A stretch of DNA of 64,000 nt. It comes from Pseudomonadota bacterium (lineage in GTDB: Bacteria > Desulfobacterota > Binatia > Binatales > Binataceae). Made by a program: the position numbers and the translations under genes. How positions within the stretch are numbered: the first letter of the stretch is position 1; each line of letters opens with the position of its first letter. The DNA lies in NCBI GenBank assembly GCA_021324885.1, contig JAJPIF010000022.1, positions 198,659 to 262,658 on the forward strand, read 5' to 3'. Shown here in pieces: positions 29,932-40,023 of this stretch. Below the pieces are notes generated by a model. That model ran no database searches. It was not told the origin of the DNA and worked only from the letters and a program-made list of their open reading frames with translations.

Positions 29932-30405
29932 TCACTCCGAGCCGATGTCGAGGCTTTCTACTCTGACGCCGCGAGGTTCGAAGCGGATTACGATTCGGCA
30001 GCCTGGGGTGCCCAGCGTCAGGGTATAGGTTCCCGGTTCCCGCTGGGCAGCGGTGACTTCTGTCAATTGCTGATTTTTGATTTGGGCCAACGCGGAGTTG
30101 AGCGCGCTTACTTCAGCGGCCAGAGCCCTGCCGCGCGGGGTTTTCTGAAACAGCGCCATCAACGCCAGATGCGCTCCCGGACCTGACGTGCGGCGGATGC
30201 GATCGCCGCTAAGCGCTATTTCGAGGATCGCGGACAACCGCGGGAGCATCGCCGCGGGAATTTCCATCCGCGCCACCGCTTCTCCCAGCGCCTGGTAATC
30301 CTGTTGGGCTTGCGGGTCCGGATTGGCCTGGGCGAACAACACGATTTGCTGGAGCAGGACCTGGCGCTGGAGATCATCGAGCGTCAGTGGAATTTCTTCA
30401 TCCAC
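29932..30405 (-). CDS. hypothetical protein downstream of cysH in the same orientation
   Basis: 157 aa, predicted helical, no recognisable family. Confidence 0.4.
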   Translation of the reverse strand: MDEEIPLTLDDLQRQVLLQQIVLFAQANPDPQAQQDYQALGEAVARMEIPAAMLPRLSAILEIALSGDRIRRTSGPGAHLALMALFQKTPRGRALAAEVSALNSALAQIKNQQLTEVTAAQREPGTYTLTLGTPGCRIVIRFEPRGVRVESLDIGSE

Positions 30406-30509
30406 GGTACAAATTCAAATCCAGTTGCCTGAATGGATGGTGTTTGAAAGCGTATCAGGCACACAACTCACCGCCCACGGCTGGTTTGTGGAAGTGGGAG
30501 CAGAAAGAG

Positions 30510-31319
30510 TCAGTGGCCGGAGCCGTTGCCGTGACCGCCTAACAGTGCGGCGAGTTCATGCTCGAAGCCGCCGGTTTCGATTGCGCAATGCATCCCGCAT
30601 TCCTTGGGCGCGCCAGTTTCCCACCACCATCGCCCTTCGCGCGAGTCCATCCCTTCCCTGACCGCGCGCGTGCACGGGGCGCATCCAATCGATTTGTAGC
30701 CCTTGTCGTACAGCTCGTTGTAGGGCACGTCGTTGGCGCGGATGTAATCCCACACTTCGTCTTCGGTCCAATCGGCCAGCGGCGCGACTTTGACGATACC
30801 GCCGTGATCATGATCGATCTCGATCTTGCGGATATTGGACCGCGTCGCCCACTGATCGCGCCGCAAACCGGTCACCCACGCGTCGAAGTTGAGCAATGCG
30901 CGGCGCAGCGGCAGCACCTTGCGCACCTGGCAGCATAGCAGCCGCAGGTTGACGTCGCGGTAGAACAGATTGAGCCCGTGCTTGGACACCATGTGCTCGA
31001 CCACCTTGGTGTCGGGCAGGAAAATCTCCGTTTTGATTCCGTAGCGCTCGCGGATACGCTCGATCAGCGCGTAGGTTTCCTCGGGCATCCGGCCGGTATC
31101 GATAGTGAACACCCGCACCGCCGGATCGATCCGCCATGCCATGTCGATCAGCACGCAGCCCTCGGCCTGGAAGCTTGAGCACAGGCCCATGCGATTGCCG
31201 AAGCGCTCGATAGTCCATTCCAGGACTTCGTGAGGTTCCTTGTCGTCGAGTTCGACGGCGGCCTCGCCCGCTTCCAGCTCGTCCATCAATTCCTGCCGCT
31301 GTTCCAGATCCTGGTTCAT
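30510..31319 (-). CDS. cysH: phosphoadenosine phosphosulfate / adenylylsulfate reductase (thioredoxin-dependent, Fe-S type)
   Basis: PAPS_reduct fold; C-terminal CC...CxxC cysteines (SIGCAPCTRAV) and KECGMHC motif indicate the Fe-S containing APS-reductase type. Confidence 0.85.
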   Translation of the reverse strand: MNQDLEQRQELMDELEAGEAAVELDDKEPHEVLEWTIERFGNRMGLCSSFQAEGCVLIDMAWRIDPAVRVFTIDTGRMPEETYALIERIRERYGIKTEIFLPDTKVVEHMVSKHGLNLFYRDVNLRLLCCQVRKVLPLRRALLNFDAWVTGLRRDQWATRSNIRKIEIDHDHGGIVKVAPLADWTEDEVWDYIRANDVPYNELYDKGYKSIGCAPCTRAVREGMDSREGRWWWETGAPKECGMHCAIETGGFEHELAALLGGHGNGSGH

Positions 31320-31325
31320 AGGGAT

Positions 31326-32954
31326 TCACTCCAAGGTTGCAGCGCTCTGCCGCTCGATTCCGGCGGGTTGCGTCATGCTGATCAGCTCGGCGTCTGGGGT
31401 CCGGGCGCAAAATCGCGCAAAGCTCTCGCCGGGCTGGCGGCGCCGAAGGTAACCGGCAACCAACCGGCTTACATAATCTTCCACCAACTCCGAAGGGATC
31501 CGGCGCAGGACGGGTTTGCCGATGGCGGCATCCCTGCCCAACCCGCCGCGCAGGATAATGTCAAAAGCCTCCAGTGGCTCGCCGTTCTTCCCTCGTCCGG
31601 TCGTGCCCTGCAGTCCGATATCGCCGGTCCAATGCTGGGCGCACGCATGGGGACATCCATCAAGATTCAGCTTCAGGTGCGAAACCTCATCGCCAAAATC
31701 CGCGACCAGCCGTTCAATTATGGTGGCCAGCTTGGTCTTGGTTGGCGTGACTGCGTAATTGCAATGCGGATCGCCGATACATCCGATCGATGAGGCGTAA
31801 AGCCCATTGACCTCGAGCGGAAAGCCGATTTCGCCGGCCTTTCCGATAACTTCGTCAAGGCGCTCGCCCGGAATACCGGTCAGAATGAAGTTCTGACGGC
31901 GGGTCAGCCGGATATCGCCGCCATAGCTCTCAACCAGATCGGCAATCCGCACCATCTGGCTGCCGCTCATCGTGCCCAGGTAAACCGGAAATCCCACATG
32001 GTAGAACCCCGCCTGCTTCTGCTCGCTTATCCCCATGTGATCGCTGTCGCGGTCGGGCAGCGGCAGGTCGGCCAGCGGCTCCAATTGGCGTCCTAATCGC
32101 GCCTCGACCAGCTTGCGGAATTCGTCAGGCCCGTAATCGTCGATCATGAACTTCAGCCGCGCCTTGACCCGCGAGATGCGGTACTCGGTGGTCGATTGCC
32201 ATACGTCCAGGATGGCCCGCAGCAGCTCCATCGCCTCCTGCGGCTGAACGAACACCCCCAGATGGCGCGACAGGCGCGGTGTGGACGACTGCCCCCCACC
32301 GACTCTGACGGCAAAGCCCGGGCGTCCGCCGTTGATAAAGCCGACCAGCGCCACGCAATTGATTTCCGGTGCATTGCACTGAAAATGGCAGGCTGAAATC
32401 GTGATCTTGTGCTTGCGCGGCAAATCAGAGTAATCGCGATTGCCGTAGAAAAATCGCCCGGCATCCGCCAAAAGCCCGGTCACATCGAAGTGCTCTTCCC
32501 GATTAACGCCGCCCACCGGACATCCGGTAATGTTGCGCACCACATCGCCACATCCGCCCAGTGTCGTCAGTCCCGCGGTCTTGAGCTTTTCGAAGATCTC
32601 CGGCACGCGATCGAGCGTGATGTAATGGAGCTGGATATTCTGCCGCGTGGTCAATTCACCTTGATCGCGGCCATATTCCGACGAAATTTCGCCAATCGTT
32701 CGTAATCCGACAGGGGTCAGGATTCCACCCGGAATCTTCACCCGCATCATGAAGGTGCCGACCTTCGGCTTATCGTGGTAAAGTCCATACCATTGCAGGC
32801 GGACAATGTCTTCCTCGGGCAGCTTTTCGTAGGAGGTCTCGGTGAGACGGTCCCATTGGCTCCACAACTCCATGGGGAACAACTCGCGTTTGAGCCGCTC
32901 GACGGAGTTGCGCTTGAGCACCAAATCCCACGTCGGGGGTTCGCGTCTGGGCAC
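31326..32954 (-). CDS. sir: sulfite reductase hemoprotein (nitrite/sulfite reductase, siroheme-[4Fe-4S])
   Basis: NIR_SIR ferredoxin-like and 4Fe-4S/siroheme domains (..CPVGG.., ..GCPHACAQH..). Start set at GTG with AAGGAGA RBS; the listed ORF extends further 5'. Confidence 0.85.
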   Translation of the reverse strand: MPRREPPTWDLVLKRNSVERLKRELFPMELWSQWDRLTETSYEKLPEEDIVRLQWYGLYHDKPKVGTFMMRVKIPGGILTPVGLRTIGEISSEYGRDQGELTTRQNIQLHYITLDRVPEIFEKLKTAGLTTLGGCGDVVRNITGCPVGGVNREEHFDVTGLLADAGRFFYGNRDYSDLPRKHKITISACHFQCNAPEINCVALVGFINGGRPGFAVRVGGGQSSTPRLSRHLGVFVQPQEAMELLRAILDVWQSTTEYRISRVKARLKFMIDDYGPDEFRKLVEARLGRQLEPLADLPLPDRDSDHMGISEQKQAGFYHVGFPVYLGTMSGSQMVRIADLVESYGGDIRLTRRQNFILTGIPGERLDEVIGKAGEIGFPLEVNGLYASSIGCIGDPHCNYAVTPTKTKLATIIERLVADFGDEVSHLKLNLDGCPHACAQHWTGDIGLQGTTGRGKNGEPLEAFDIILRGGLGRDAAIGKPVLRRIPSELVEDYVSRLVAGYLRRRQPGESFARFCARTPDAELISMTQPAGIERQSAATLE

Positions 32955-33074
32955 AGCGCACGTCTCCTTACCTTGACTTGAGGGGCAAACATAACTTAGA
33001 TGACCTACTAAGTCAATTATTCTCCGCACGGAGATCAGGGGATCGTAACGGCCGGAAAAAGAGGCCGGATAAAA

Positions 33075-33512
33075 ATGAAATTTGGCGTTGGGGTCGATTA
33101 CTCCTTAAAGGCCTTGCTAATGCTCGCGGAACGCTACCCGGCAGCCCAGCCGCTGCAGGTCGAGGTTATAGCCGGTGCCCAGAACATTCCTGAGAACTAC
33201 CTCCGTCGCCTGCTCATCACGCTCAAGCGTGGAGGGCTGGTGGCAAGTCAAAAAGGCCCCAGCGGCGGTTATATTCTGGCCCGCCCGCCATCGCGGATCA
33301 CGATGGAGGACGTCGTCGAACTGATCGAGGGGGATTATGTGCCGGTCGAATGCCTGGAGGACGGCGCCAACTCACCCTGCCGGCGCGATCAGGCGTGCGC
33401 GATGCGCGATGTATGGCGCCAGGTGCGCGACCAGGTACGGTCGATTCTGCGCGCCACAACGCTCGAAATGCTGGCAAGCAAGCGCAAGTCCGCGCTCACT
33501 TTCCAGATCTGA
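33075..33512 (+). CDS. Rrf2 family transcriptional regulator (IscR/CymR-like, three Cys ligands)
   Basis: N-terminal wHTH (DYSLKALLMLA...), C-x9-C-x6-C; divergent to sir-cysH operon. Confidence 0.85.
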   Translation: MKFGVGVDYSLKALLMLAERYPAAQPLQVEVIAGAQNIPENYLRRLLITLKRGGLVASQKGPSGGYILARPPSRITMEDVVELIEGDYVPVECLEDGANSPCRRDQACAMRDVWRQVRDQVRSILRATTLEMLASKRKSALTFQI

Positions 33513-33640
33513 GAAGCGACCGGTAGAGGAAAGAGATAACGCGGCGGAGTTTGATTCTCATTCTTTCCTCGTCCGCGATAGCGACCCTTGAATTTCGCCT
33601 CCGATGGATCAAGTCGTCTGGCGCGATCGACGTTGCAAGC

Positions 33641-34546
33641 TTAGCGGTTGCGGAAAATTTCGACTAACTGGATTACAGCCGGTCCAAGAATCACCAGCAG
33701 CATCGCGGGCAGAATAAAGAACACCAGCGGAAAGAGCATCTTGATCGAACTTTTGCGGGCGGCTTCTTCAGCCTTCAGGCGCCGGCGCGAATTGAGCAGG
33801 TCGGCCGCCGCACGCAGGGCGGGGGCGAGGCGTGCGCCGATTCTTTCACTTTGAATAAGCAGCGCCGCCAAAGAGCGAATCTCGTCCACTCCGGTGCGCG
33901 ATCCAAGATCTCTCAAGGCGTCTTCGAAGCTCACGCCCGCAGACATCTGTGCCGAGGTTGCACTCAACTCGCGTCCGAGCACCTGCCCTTGGCGCAATGT
34001 TTCGCGTCCGACCAGCCGAAGCACCTCGCCGACGCTGAGTCCCGCCTCCAGGCTGACCACGATTAAGGCCAGTACATCGGGCAATTCCCGAATCATTTTG
34101 CGGCGGCGCGCGCGAGCCATCCTGCTAATCAACAAACGTGGGATAGTGTAGCCGAGCAGGAACCCGCCAGCTGCCCCCAATACCCACGGTTTGCCGGTAA
34201 ATTCGCATAAACCCGAGCCCAGCAACACGCCCCCAATCATCGACGCGATACGAGCCAGATGGAAGCGCGCAACCCATTCCATCCCTCGGAACCCCGCTTG
34301 GGTAAGCGTGTCCGGCAGCTTGCGATCTGAGACCGTCTTTGTCGGGGTCTGGCGCAATCGCCGTACGTGCCATTTTACCAGCCACTCCGCCGGTGCCGTG
34401 CCGGTCTGCAGGTTTGACCTCGCGGACGACGGCGATAGCCGGTCGTCGAGACCCCGTCCCGGCCCAAACGCTGCCCGGTAAAAAGCCAGGCTTCCCACCA
34501 CCGTGAACACGAAAATCAAGACTGGCAACGACCACGGATCCATCAT
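33641..34546 (-). CDS. tadC: Flp pilus assembly inner-membrane platform protein TadC (T2SS-F domain)
   Basis: T2SSF domain; position after tadB in a tad operon. Confidence 0.8.
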   Translation of the reverse strand: MMDPWSLPVLIFVFTVVGSLAFYRAAFGPGRGLDDRLSPSSARSNLQTGTAPAEWLVKWHVRRLRQTPTKTVSDRKLPDTLTQAGFRGMEWVARFHLARIASMIGGVLLGSGLCEFTGKPWVLGAAGGFLLGYTIPRLLISRMARARRRKMIRELPDVLALIVVSLEAGLSVGEVLRLVGRETLRQGQVLGRELSATSAQMSAGVSFEDALRDLGSRTGVDEIRSLAALLIQSERIGARLAPALRAAADLLNSRRRLKAEEAARKSSIKMLFPLVFFILPAMLLVILGPAVIQLVEIFRNR

Positions 34547-34598
34547 CGCGCCGATCCTTTCCTGGTCAACTCCTGGTCCCTTGCTGATTTACGCGGGC

Positions 34599-35573
34599 TC
34601 AGTCCACGCTGGTCATGTGCCGTATGATACCCAGCGCAACCGCGTCCAAAATGATTGCGGCCTTCAGCATTTTTACTCCCATCGGGTTGTGAAACAGCGG
34701 ATGGGTGTACCCGGGCCTCACCAGGGTGAAGAATCCCAGCAGGATGAAAGGCAATGCGGCTACAATCATGCCGCTGATGCGCGCCTGGGCAGTGAGCGTC
34801 AGGATTTCCTGCTGAAGCCGCTGGCGCCCGCGAATGGTGTCGGTGACCCGGTCCAGAATTTCCGAGACACTGCTGCCGACCTCAGCCTGCACTCGAATCG
34901 CCGCAACCAGGAAACCCAGGCTTTTCTCGGGTACGCGCCTGAACATGTTATCCAGCGCATCAGCCAGAGTGCTGCCCAGCCGAATCTGTTCCGAGACCAG
35001 CCGCAGTTCGGTTGCGATCGGCTCGGGCGCGTTTTCCGTGGCCATTTGGAAGCCACGATTGAGGGTGTGACCGGCGGAGAGTGCCGAGCGCAAAAAATCC
35101 AGCACGTATGGCAACTGCTGGCTGAAAGTCTCCAGCCGCTTATTGCGCTCCAGGTGAACATAGCCCACCGGCACGGCACCCGCCGCCAAACCATAAAGTG
35201 CGGCGGCGGCGGATCCTGCCCATAAGCTGAAAAGGGCGCCGCCAGCGCCCGCCACAAGTATGACGAACATGATGAACGTGACCGCGCCCATTTGGACACC
35301 GCCTTGTGTCAGCCATCGATCCAGATTGCGCAGGATATTCCATTGCATCGCCAACGCCATGGCCGGCGCCAGCGGCCCCTGCCGCTGCTGCGGCTTTTCC
35401 AGGCCCGCCGTCGCGCGCTGCGGGACCAGGATTTTAAGACGTCGGCTCAGCGCCTGCTCGCGGGCGATTTCTTCGCGCCGATGCCCCCCGTAAAGGACAA
35501 GCGCAAGTGTGCCCATCAGGAAGAGCATTACGATTGGAAAAACGGTTTGCATAAGACCTGCCGGGGTATTCAC
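34599..35573 (-). CDS. tadB: Flp pilus assembly inner-membrane platform protein TadB (T2SS-F domain)
   Basis: T2SSF domain. Confidence 0.8.
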   Translation of the reverse strand: MNTPAGLMQTVFPIVMLFLMGTLALVLYGGHRREEIAREQALSRRLKILVPQRATAGLEKPQQRQGPLAPAMALAMQWNILRNLDRWLTQGGVQMGAVTFIMFVILVAGAGGALFSLWAGSAAAALYGLAAGAVPVGYVHLERNKRLETFSQQLPYVLDFLRSALSAGHTLNRGFQMATENAPEPIATELRLVSEQIRLGSTLADALDNMFRRVPEKSLGFLVAAIRVQAEVGSSVSEILDRVTDTIRGRQRLQQEILTLTAQARISGMIVAALPFILLGFFTLVRPGYTHPLFHNPMGVKMLKAAIILDAVALGIIRHMTSVD

Positions 35574-35577
35574 AACT

Positions 35578-36924
35578 TCAGACCGGCGAAAAACCCGCCT
35601 TCAGCATCCGCTCGGTGAAAATCGAACGGACGCCGGTGGCATGGAAGTCGCCGGTAACCTTTCCTGCCGCATTGATTCCAGTAGCCACAAATTCAAACAG
35701 GTCCTGCATCAGCACGACCTCTCCTTCCATCCCGGTGATCTCCGAAATTTTGATCACTTTGCGGGTACCGTCGCTGAAGCGGTTGACTTGCACGATCAGG
35801 TTGAGCGCCGCCGAAATGTACTGGCGCATCGCGCGCTCAGGCAGGTTGATCCCCGACAGCATCATCATCATCTCCAGCCGGGACAGCGAGTCGCGCGGGT
35901 TGTTGGCATGAATCGTCGCCATCGAACCGTCATGTCCGGTGGACATCGCCTGCAGCATGTCCAGCACCTCAGCGCCGCGGACTTCGCCGACGATGATACG
36001 GTCGGGACGCATGCGCAGCGTGTTCTTGAACAATTCGCGTTGGGTCACCTCGCCCTCGCCCTCGATATTGGCGGGGCGGGTCTCCAGCCGCAGAACATGA
36101 GGCTGTTGAAGGCGCAATTCGGCGGCGTCTTCGATGGTGATGATGCGTTCGTCTTCCGGGATGAATGAGGAAAGACAGTTGAGCATCGTGGTTTTGCCGG
36201 TGCCGGTGCCGCCGCTGATCAGGACGTTGAGCTTGGCGCCGACCGCCGCCCGCAAAAACGTCACCATTTCGTTGGTCAGAGTGCCGCGCTGCACCAAAAA
36301 CGAGATATCATTGGCAAAGGCGCCGAAACGCCGGATACACAAGGCCGGGCCATCTATCGCCAGCGGCGGAATTACGGCATTGACGCGCGAGCCGTCGGGC
36401 AGCCGCGCATCCACCATCGGCGAGGCTTCGTCAATCCGGCGGCCCACCCGGGATACGATTCGGTTGATAACCTCCATCAGATGCTGGTCGTCGTGAAAAC
36501 GCACGTTGGTTTTCACCAGCCGGCCTTTGCGTTCCACGAACGTTTCGCTGAAGCCGTTGACCAGGATGTCGGAGACCTCGTTGTCCTGGAGCAAAGGCTC
36601 CAGCGGTCCCAGGCCCAGCATCTCGTTGGTCGTCATCTCGATCAGCGCAGCCTGATCGGTGTCGGTTAGCAACAATTTTTCTTCAGTGATAATCTCGCGA
36701 ATCGCGTTCTCGATCTGTTCCAGCAGCGAACTGGGCCCGAGTTGATCGATGCGGCGCGGACCGATCCGCTCGAAGAGACGGTCCTGCACGCGACCTTTCA
36801 GCGATTCCAGCAGCGACTGCGGACCGCCGGGCGAGGCCCTGCGCGGCAAAGCCCCGCCGTCGATCAGCGACGGTTCCGCGGCAGCCGGCATGGCATGATT
36901 CTGAAGCCGGTCAATTATTCCCAT
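35578..36924 (-). CDS. cpaF: CpaF/TadA family secretion ATPase
   Basis: Walker [10 protein letters not shown], Asp and His boxes of VirB11/CpaF ATPases. Confidence 0.9.
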   Translation of the reverse strand: MGIIDRLQNHAMPAAAEPSLIDGGALPRRASPGGPQSLLESLKGRVQDRLFERIGPRRIDQLGPSSLLEQIENAIREIITEEKLLLTDTDQAALIEMTTNEMLGLGPLEPLLQDNEVSDILVNGFSETFVERKGRLVKTNVRFHDDQHLMEVINRIVSRVGRRIDEASPMVDARLPDGSRVNAVIPPLAIDGPALCIRRFGAFANDISFLVQRGTLTNEMVTFLRAAVGAKLNVLISGGTGTGKTTMLNCLSSFIPEDERIITIEDAAELRLQQPHVLRLETRPANIEGEGEVTQRELFKNTLRMRPDRIIVGEVRGAEVLDMLQAMSTGHDGSMATIHANNPRDSLSRLEMMMMLSGINLPERAMRQYISAALNLIVQVNRFSDGTRKVIKISEITGMEGEVVLMQDLFEFVATGINAAGKVTGDFHATGVRSIFTERMLKAGFSPV

Positions 36925-38164
36925 TTTTGCTTGGCCTCCCCCCTCCCAAGGCGCCTAATAATCTGCTCAGCAGGTTGCGCTGCGCTGGCATGTCCCCATC
37001 CTTCTGCGTCCGATAAAGCTTTCCCGCCAACTCTTCCAGACTCTCGCGCAAGTTGGCGGCGCTGCGGATATGCCACAGGTCGGCGCCGGTTATCTGCTGT
37101 TCGCCGCAGGATTTTTCATCGCGCGGCAGCGTCGTGAAGATCGGCTGGCCCAATGCGGCTTCGATCCGTTCGCGGGTGATGGGGCTGGAGGGCTGATAGC
37201 GGTTGAGCACAAATCGGGGAACAACTTCCTTCAAACCCAGCCGTTCGAATAATTCGAGAAACCGCTGTGCAGCGCGAATCGAAGTCACGCTCTGGTCGAC
37301 AAGGTAGAGCAGATAATCGGAGCGCTCCCAGACTACAATCGAGCCTTCCGTTATATGCGAACCGCAGTCGATCAGAACGAAATCGAACAGCTCCCGCATT
37401 ACCTTCAGAATCGCTTCGATAGTGGCCGCCGAAATCAATTCCGCCTCTTCGATCCGTCCCGGTGCGGCCAGCCAGTAAAGCCCCGAATCGTGTTTGCACA
37501 GCACCGATTCCAGCCGGATCGAGTCGATTGAGCTGGTCGGATCGACCAGTTCGCTGATCGTGTGTTCCGGTTCCTGGTTAAGCATCACGGCCAGCGGCGC
37601 GGCTTGCAAATCGAGTTCCACCAGTGCGGTGCGTTTCTCGAACAGCCGATGCAGCGCTAATCCCAGGTTGACGGCCAGATGACTGACGCCAATTCCACCG
37701 CTTACGCTGGCCAGCGAACAGACCATCTTGTCGCGCAAACCTTCGTGCCGGCGCGACAGCTCGCTGAGGCGAACAAGCGTATGGAAAGCCTGTTCCGGCG
37801 CCGGCGGCAGGAAAATCACGTCGTCGGCGCCCGCACGCAGAGCCGCGCGCAAGGTCACGGGCGAGTCGTCGTCGAGCAGGGCTATGACTGAAGCGAAGCG
37901 CCGATCGAAATTGCGCCGCCGCACCTCACGCTGCCATCCGTCGGGATTGGTGCTGTCCAGGATAAGCGTCAGGATCGTACCGCTGCCGCTGCCCTTGACC
38001 GCGTCCTCGCTTAGGAACTCGATTTCAAGACCCGGGATTTTGGCCAGCTCCGCCTTGACGGCGCCGCGCAGCGCCTCATTGCCGCCAGCTATCACGAGCT
38101 TGATCGGATAGAGCCGGCCGCCCTTGCGGGCCGTAGGCTGCGTGACATTCACCTCTTGCGTCAT
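36911..38164 (-). CDS. cpaE: CpaE/TadZ pilus-localisation protein (atypical receiver domain plus MinD/ParA-like ATPase domain)
   Basis: N-terminal pseudo-receiver lacking the DD acidic pair; C-terminal deviant Walker A (SVSGGIGVS); overlaps cpaC stop (ATGA) and cpaF start. Confidence 0.8.
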   Translation of the reverse strand: MTQEVNVTQPTARKGGRLYPIKLVIAGGNEALRGAVKAELAKIPGLEIEFLSEDAVKGSGSGTILTLILDSTNPDGWQREVRRRNFDRRFASVIALLDDDSPVTLRAALRAGADDVIFLPPAPEQAFHTLVRLSELSRRHEGLRDKMVCSLASVSGGIGVSHLAVNLGLALHRLFEKRTALVELDLQAAPLAVMLNQEPEHTISELVDPTSSIDSIRLESVLCKHDSGLYWLAAPGRIEEAELISAATIEAILKVMRELFDFVLIDCGSHITEGSIVVWERSDYLLYLVDQSVTSIRAAQRFLELFERLGLKEVVPRFVLNRYQPSSPITRERIEAALGQPIFTTLPRDEKSCGEQQITGADLWHIRSAANLRESLEELAGKLYRTQKDGDMPAQRNLLSRLLGALGGGRPSKNGNN

Positions 38165-39987
38165 TGGAATCGCGGGCGCGAAGCGTCTGGTTGGCTGAGC
38201 GGGCGCGTTCGCACTTCCTGCGGACTTAGCGGACCGTGATCGGTGGGTAACGCGACTCGGATACCGGCCGGAATCGGACGGATAATCTGCGGCGTCACCG
38301 TCATCACCAGCTCAGTCTTGTTACGGTTGTAATAGGTGTGCCTGAACAGCGCGCCGAGATAGGGTAGATCGCCCAGATAGGGCGTCTTGCGCACTTCCGA
38401 TTGGACATTATCCAGCACCAGGCCGGCGATAATGAGGGTCTGATTCTCCCGCATCCGGACCAGCGTCTGCGCGCGCCGCGTGACAAAGGCGGGCACCGTG
38501 AAGCCGAAAAGCTGCACACCCTGCGTGTAGTCGGGCTGCGAGAACTCCGGCGACACTCTCAGCTCGATCTCGTCGTCGTCAATCACCGTGGGAACGAAGA
38601 CCACGGAGGTTCCAAATTGTTTGAAGACGATCGAGGTGTTGAGCGCCTGCGCGATTACGATTGGTATTTCGCCGCCGGACAAAAACCGCGCCTGCTCGCC
38701 CGAGGCCGCGATCAGCGTCGGTTCAGCCAGGATTTTGGCGAGGTTGTGATCCTCCAGCAGTTGGAACATCGCATTGGTGGTCCACTGCCCGTTGGTCGAC
38801 GCAAAACCATAACTGATGTTGTTGGAGAGCAGCAGCGGAATGAGCTGACCGCCGGGAGTAAAAACGCCGCTCGGAGGCAGGGCGACGACGGTGCCGGCTC
38901 CTCCGCTGGCGGTCAGATTGGTCTGGACGTTGTACGGCGTCGCCACGTCGCCCTGGAGACCGACCACGGAAATGCCGGCATTTGAAAGCGCCATCGATAT
39001 ATCCAATCCCTGCGCCTCCAGCCGGGATCGATCCAGTTCGGCGACCACCACGTGCAATTGCACCTGCTGCGGACCGCCCTGTTCCACTCGTACCACCCGC
39101 TCGAAATATTCATGATTCTCCTGCCAGATCGAAAGGGTGGTCGCGCCCGGCCTGTGCGCCACCACCATGATCTGGTTGGGACCCACCACGGAGACATCGG
39201 CAACCGTGGTATCCGCGATCGCCACGCGCGTAAGCGCGATTGGGAAGTCAAAAATCCGCGACGCGCCGACGGTCAGCTTGATACTCTTTGCCGGCAGGTA
39301 GTGCGCCCGCGGACCCGTGGGGGGCGGCAACTCGAGCGCATTGACGGCCGGATTCTGGCTCAGTTTGACTGGCGGATTATTATAGGCAACGGCGGCGCCG
39401 TCCGCCGCCTTTGCGGTGTCCGCTCCGATCGCTGGCGACGACGGCATGGGCGCGACCCCATCGGCGGTTTTGACGCCGGCGACCGTGGAGACCGCCGACC
39501 GTGCTCCCGGGTTGGCGCTGTCGCCGGCAAAAATATCACCCGCGGGAGGGGGGGCTGCCCCCGGATGCAACTGCTGATCAGGCTTGGCCACCGCGGAGAC
39601 CACGATCTGATAGATCACCGGATCGCCATTGGGCAGAGTCGCGCGGATTCGGCCCCGGCCGGCTTGCGCGCCCAGCACGTTGCAGTGGCCCGGAGCGCTA
39701 CATTGCAGCACGAAGCAGTTGGAATTTTGGATGAACTCGACTTCAGGGGTGGCATCTTTGGACAACTGCTCCAGGGGTATGCTTTCGCCCGCCGTGAGCT
39801 TGAGGGTGATAAGACGCGCGGTCTGAGCGTCAGACTGGCGCGCACCGAGGCCGATTAGGACGGTGAGCGCCAGCAGCGCTGCCATCGCCGCGTCTAGCCG
39901 CGCACCGCCATTTCGGTGTCGAGTAAATTCAGCGGCCAGACAAATCCGCAGGAAATCTGCGTTTTTCGCATCCGTCTGCTGGTTCAA
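38161..39987 (-). CDS. cpaC: Flp pilus secretin CpaC/RcpA with long low-complexity N-terminal extension
   Basis: C-terminal secretin domain (...IPIVIAQALNTSIV... VTPQIIRP), BON/N domains; TTG start with GGAAGGGGGAAGG RBS. Confidence 0.85.
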   Translation of the reverse strand: MNQQTDAKNADFLRICLAAEFTRHRNGGARLDAAMAALLALTVLIGLGARQSDAQTARLITLKLTAGESIPLEQLSKDATPEVEFIQNSNCFVLQCSAPGHCNVLGAQAGRGRIRATLPNGDPVIYQIVVSAVAKPDQQLHPGAAPPPAGDIFAGDSANPGARSAVSTVAGVKTADGVAPMPSSPAIGADTAKAADGAAVAYNNPPVKLSQNPAVNALELPPPTGPRAHYLPAKSIKLTVGASRIFDFPIALTRVAIADTTVADVSVVGPNQIMVVAHRPGATTLSIWQENHEYFERVVRVEQGGPQQVQLHVVVAELDRSRLEAQGLDISMALSNAGISVVGLQGDVATPYNVQTNLTASGGAGTVVALPPSGVFTPGGQLIPLLLSNNISYGFASTNGQWTTNAMFQLLEDHNLAKILAEPTLIAASGEQARFLSGGEIPIVIAQALNTSIVFKQFGTSVVFVPTVIDDDEIELRVSPEFSQPDYTQGVQLFGFTVPAFVTRRAQTLVRMRENQTLIIAGLVLDNVQSEVRKTPYLGDLPYLGALFRHTYYNRNKTELVMTVTPQIIRPIPAGIRVALPTDHGPLSPQEVRTRPLSQPDASRPRFQ

Positions 39988-40023
39988 TTTTACCTTCCCC
40001 CTTCCTGATGGCGTGCAGCTTGG

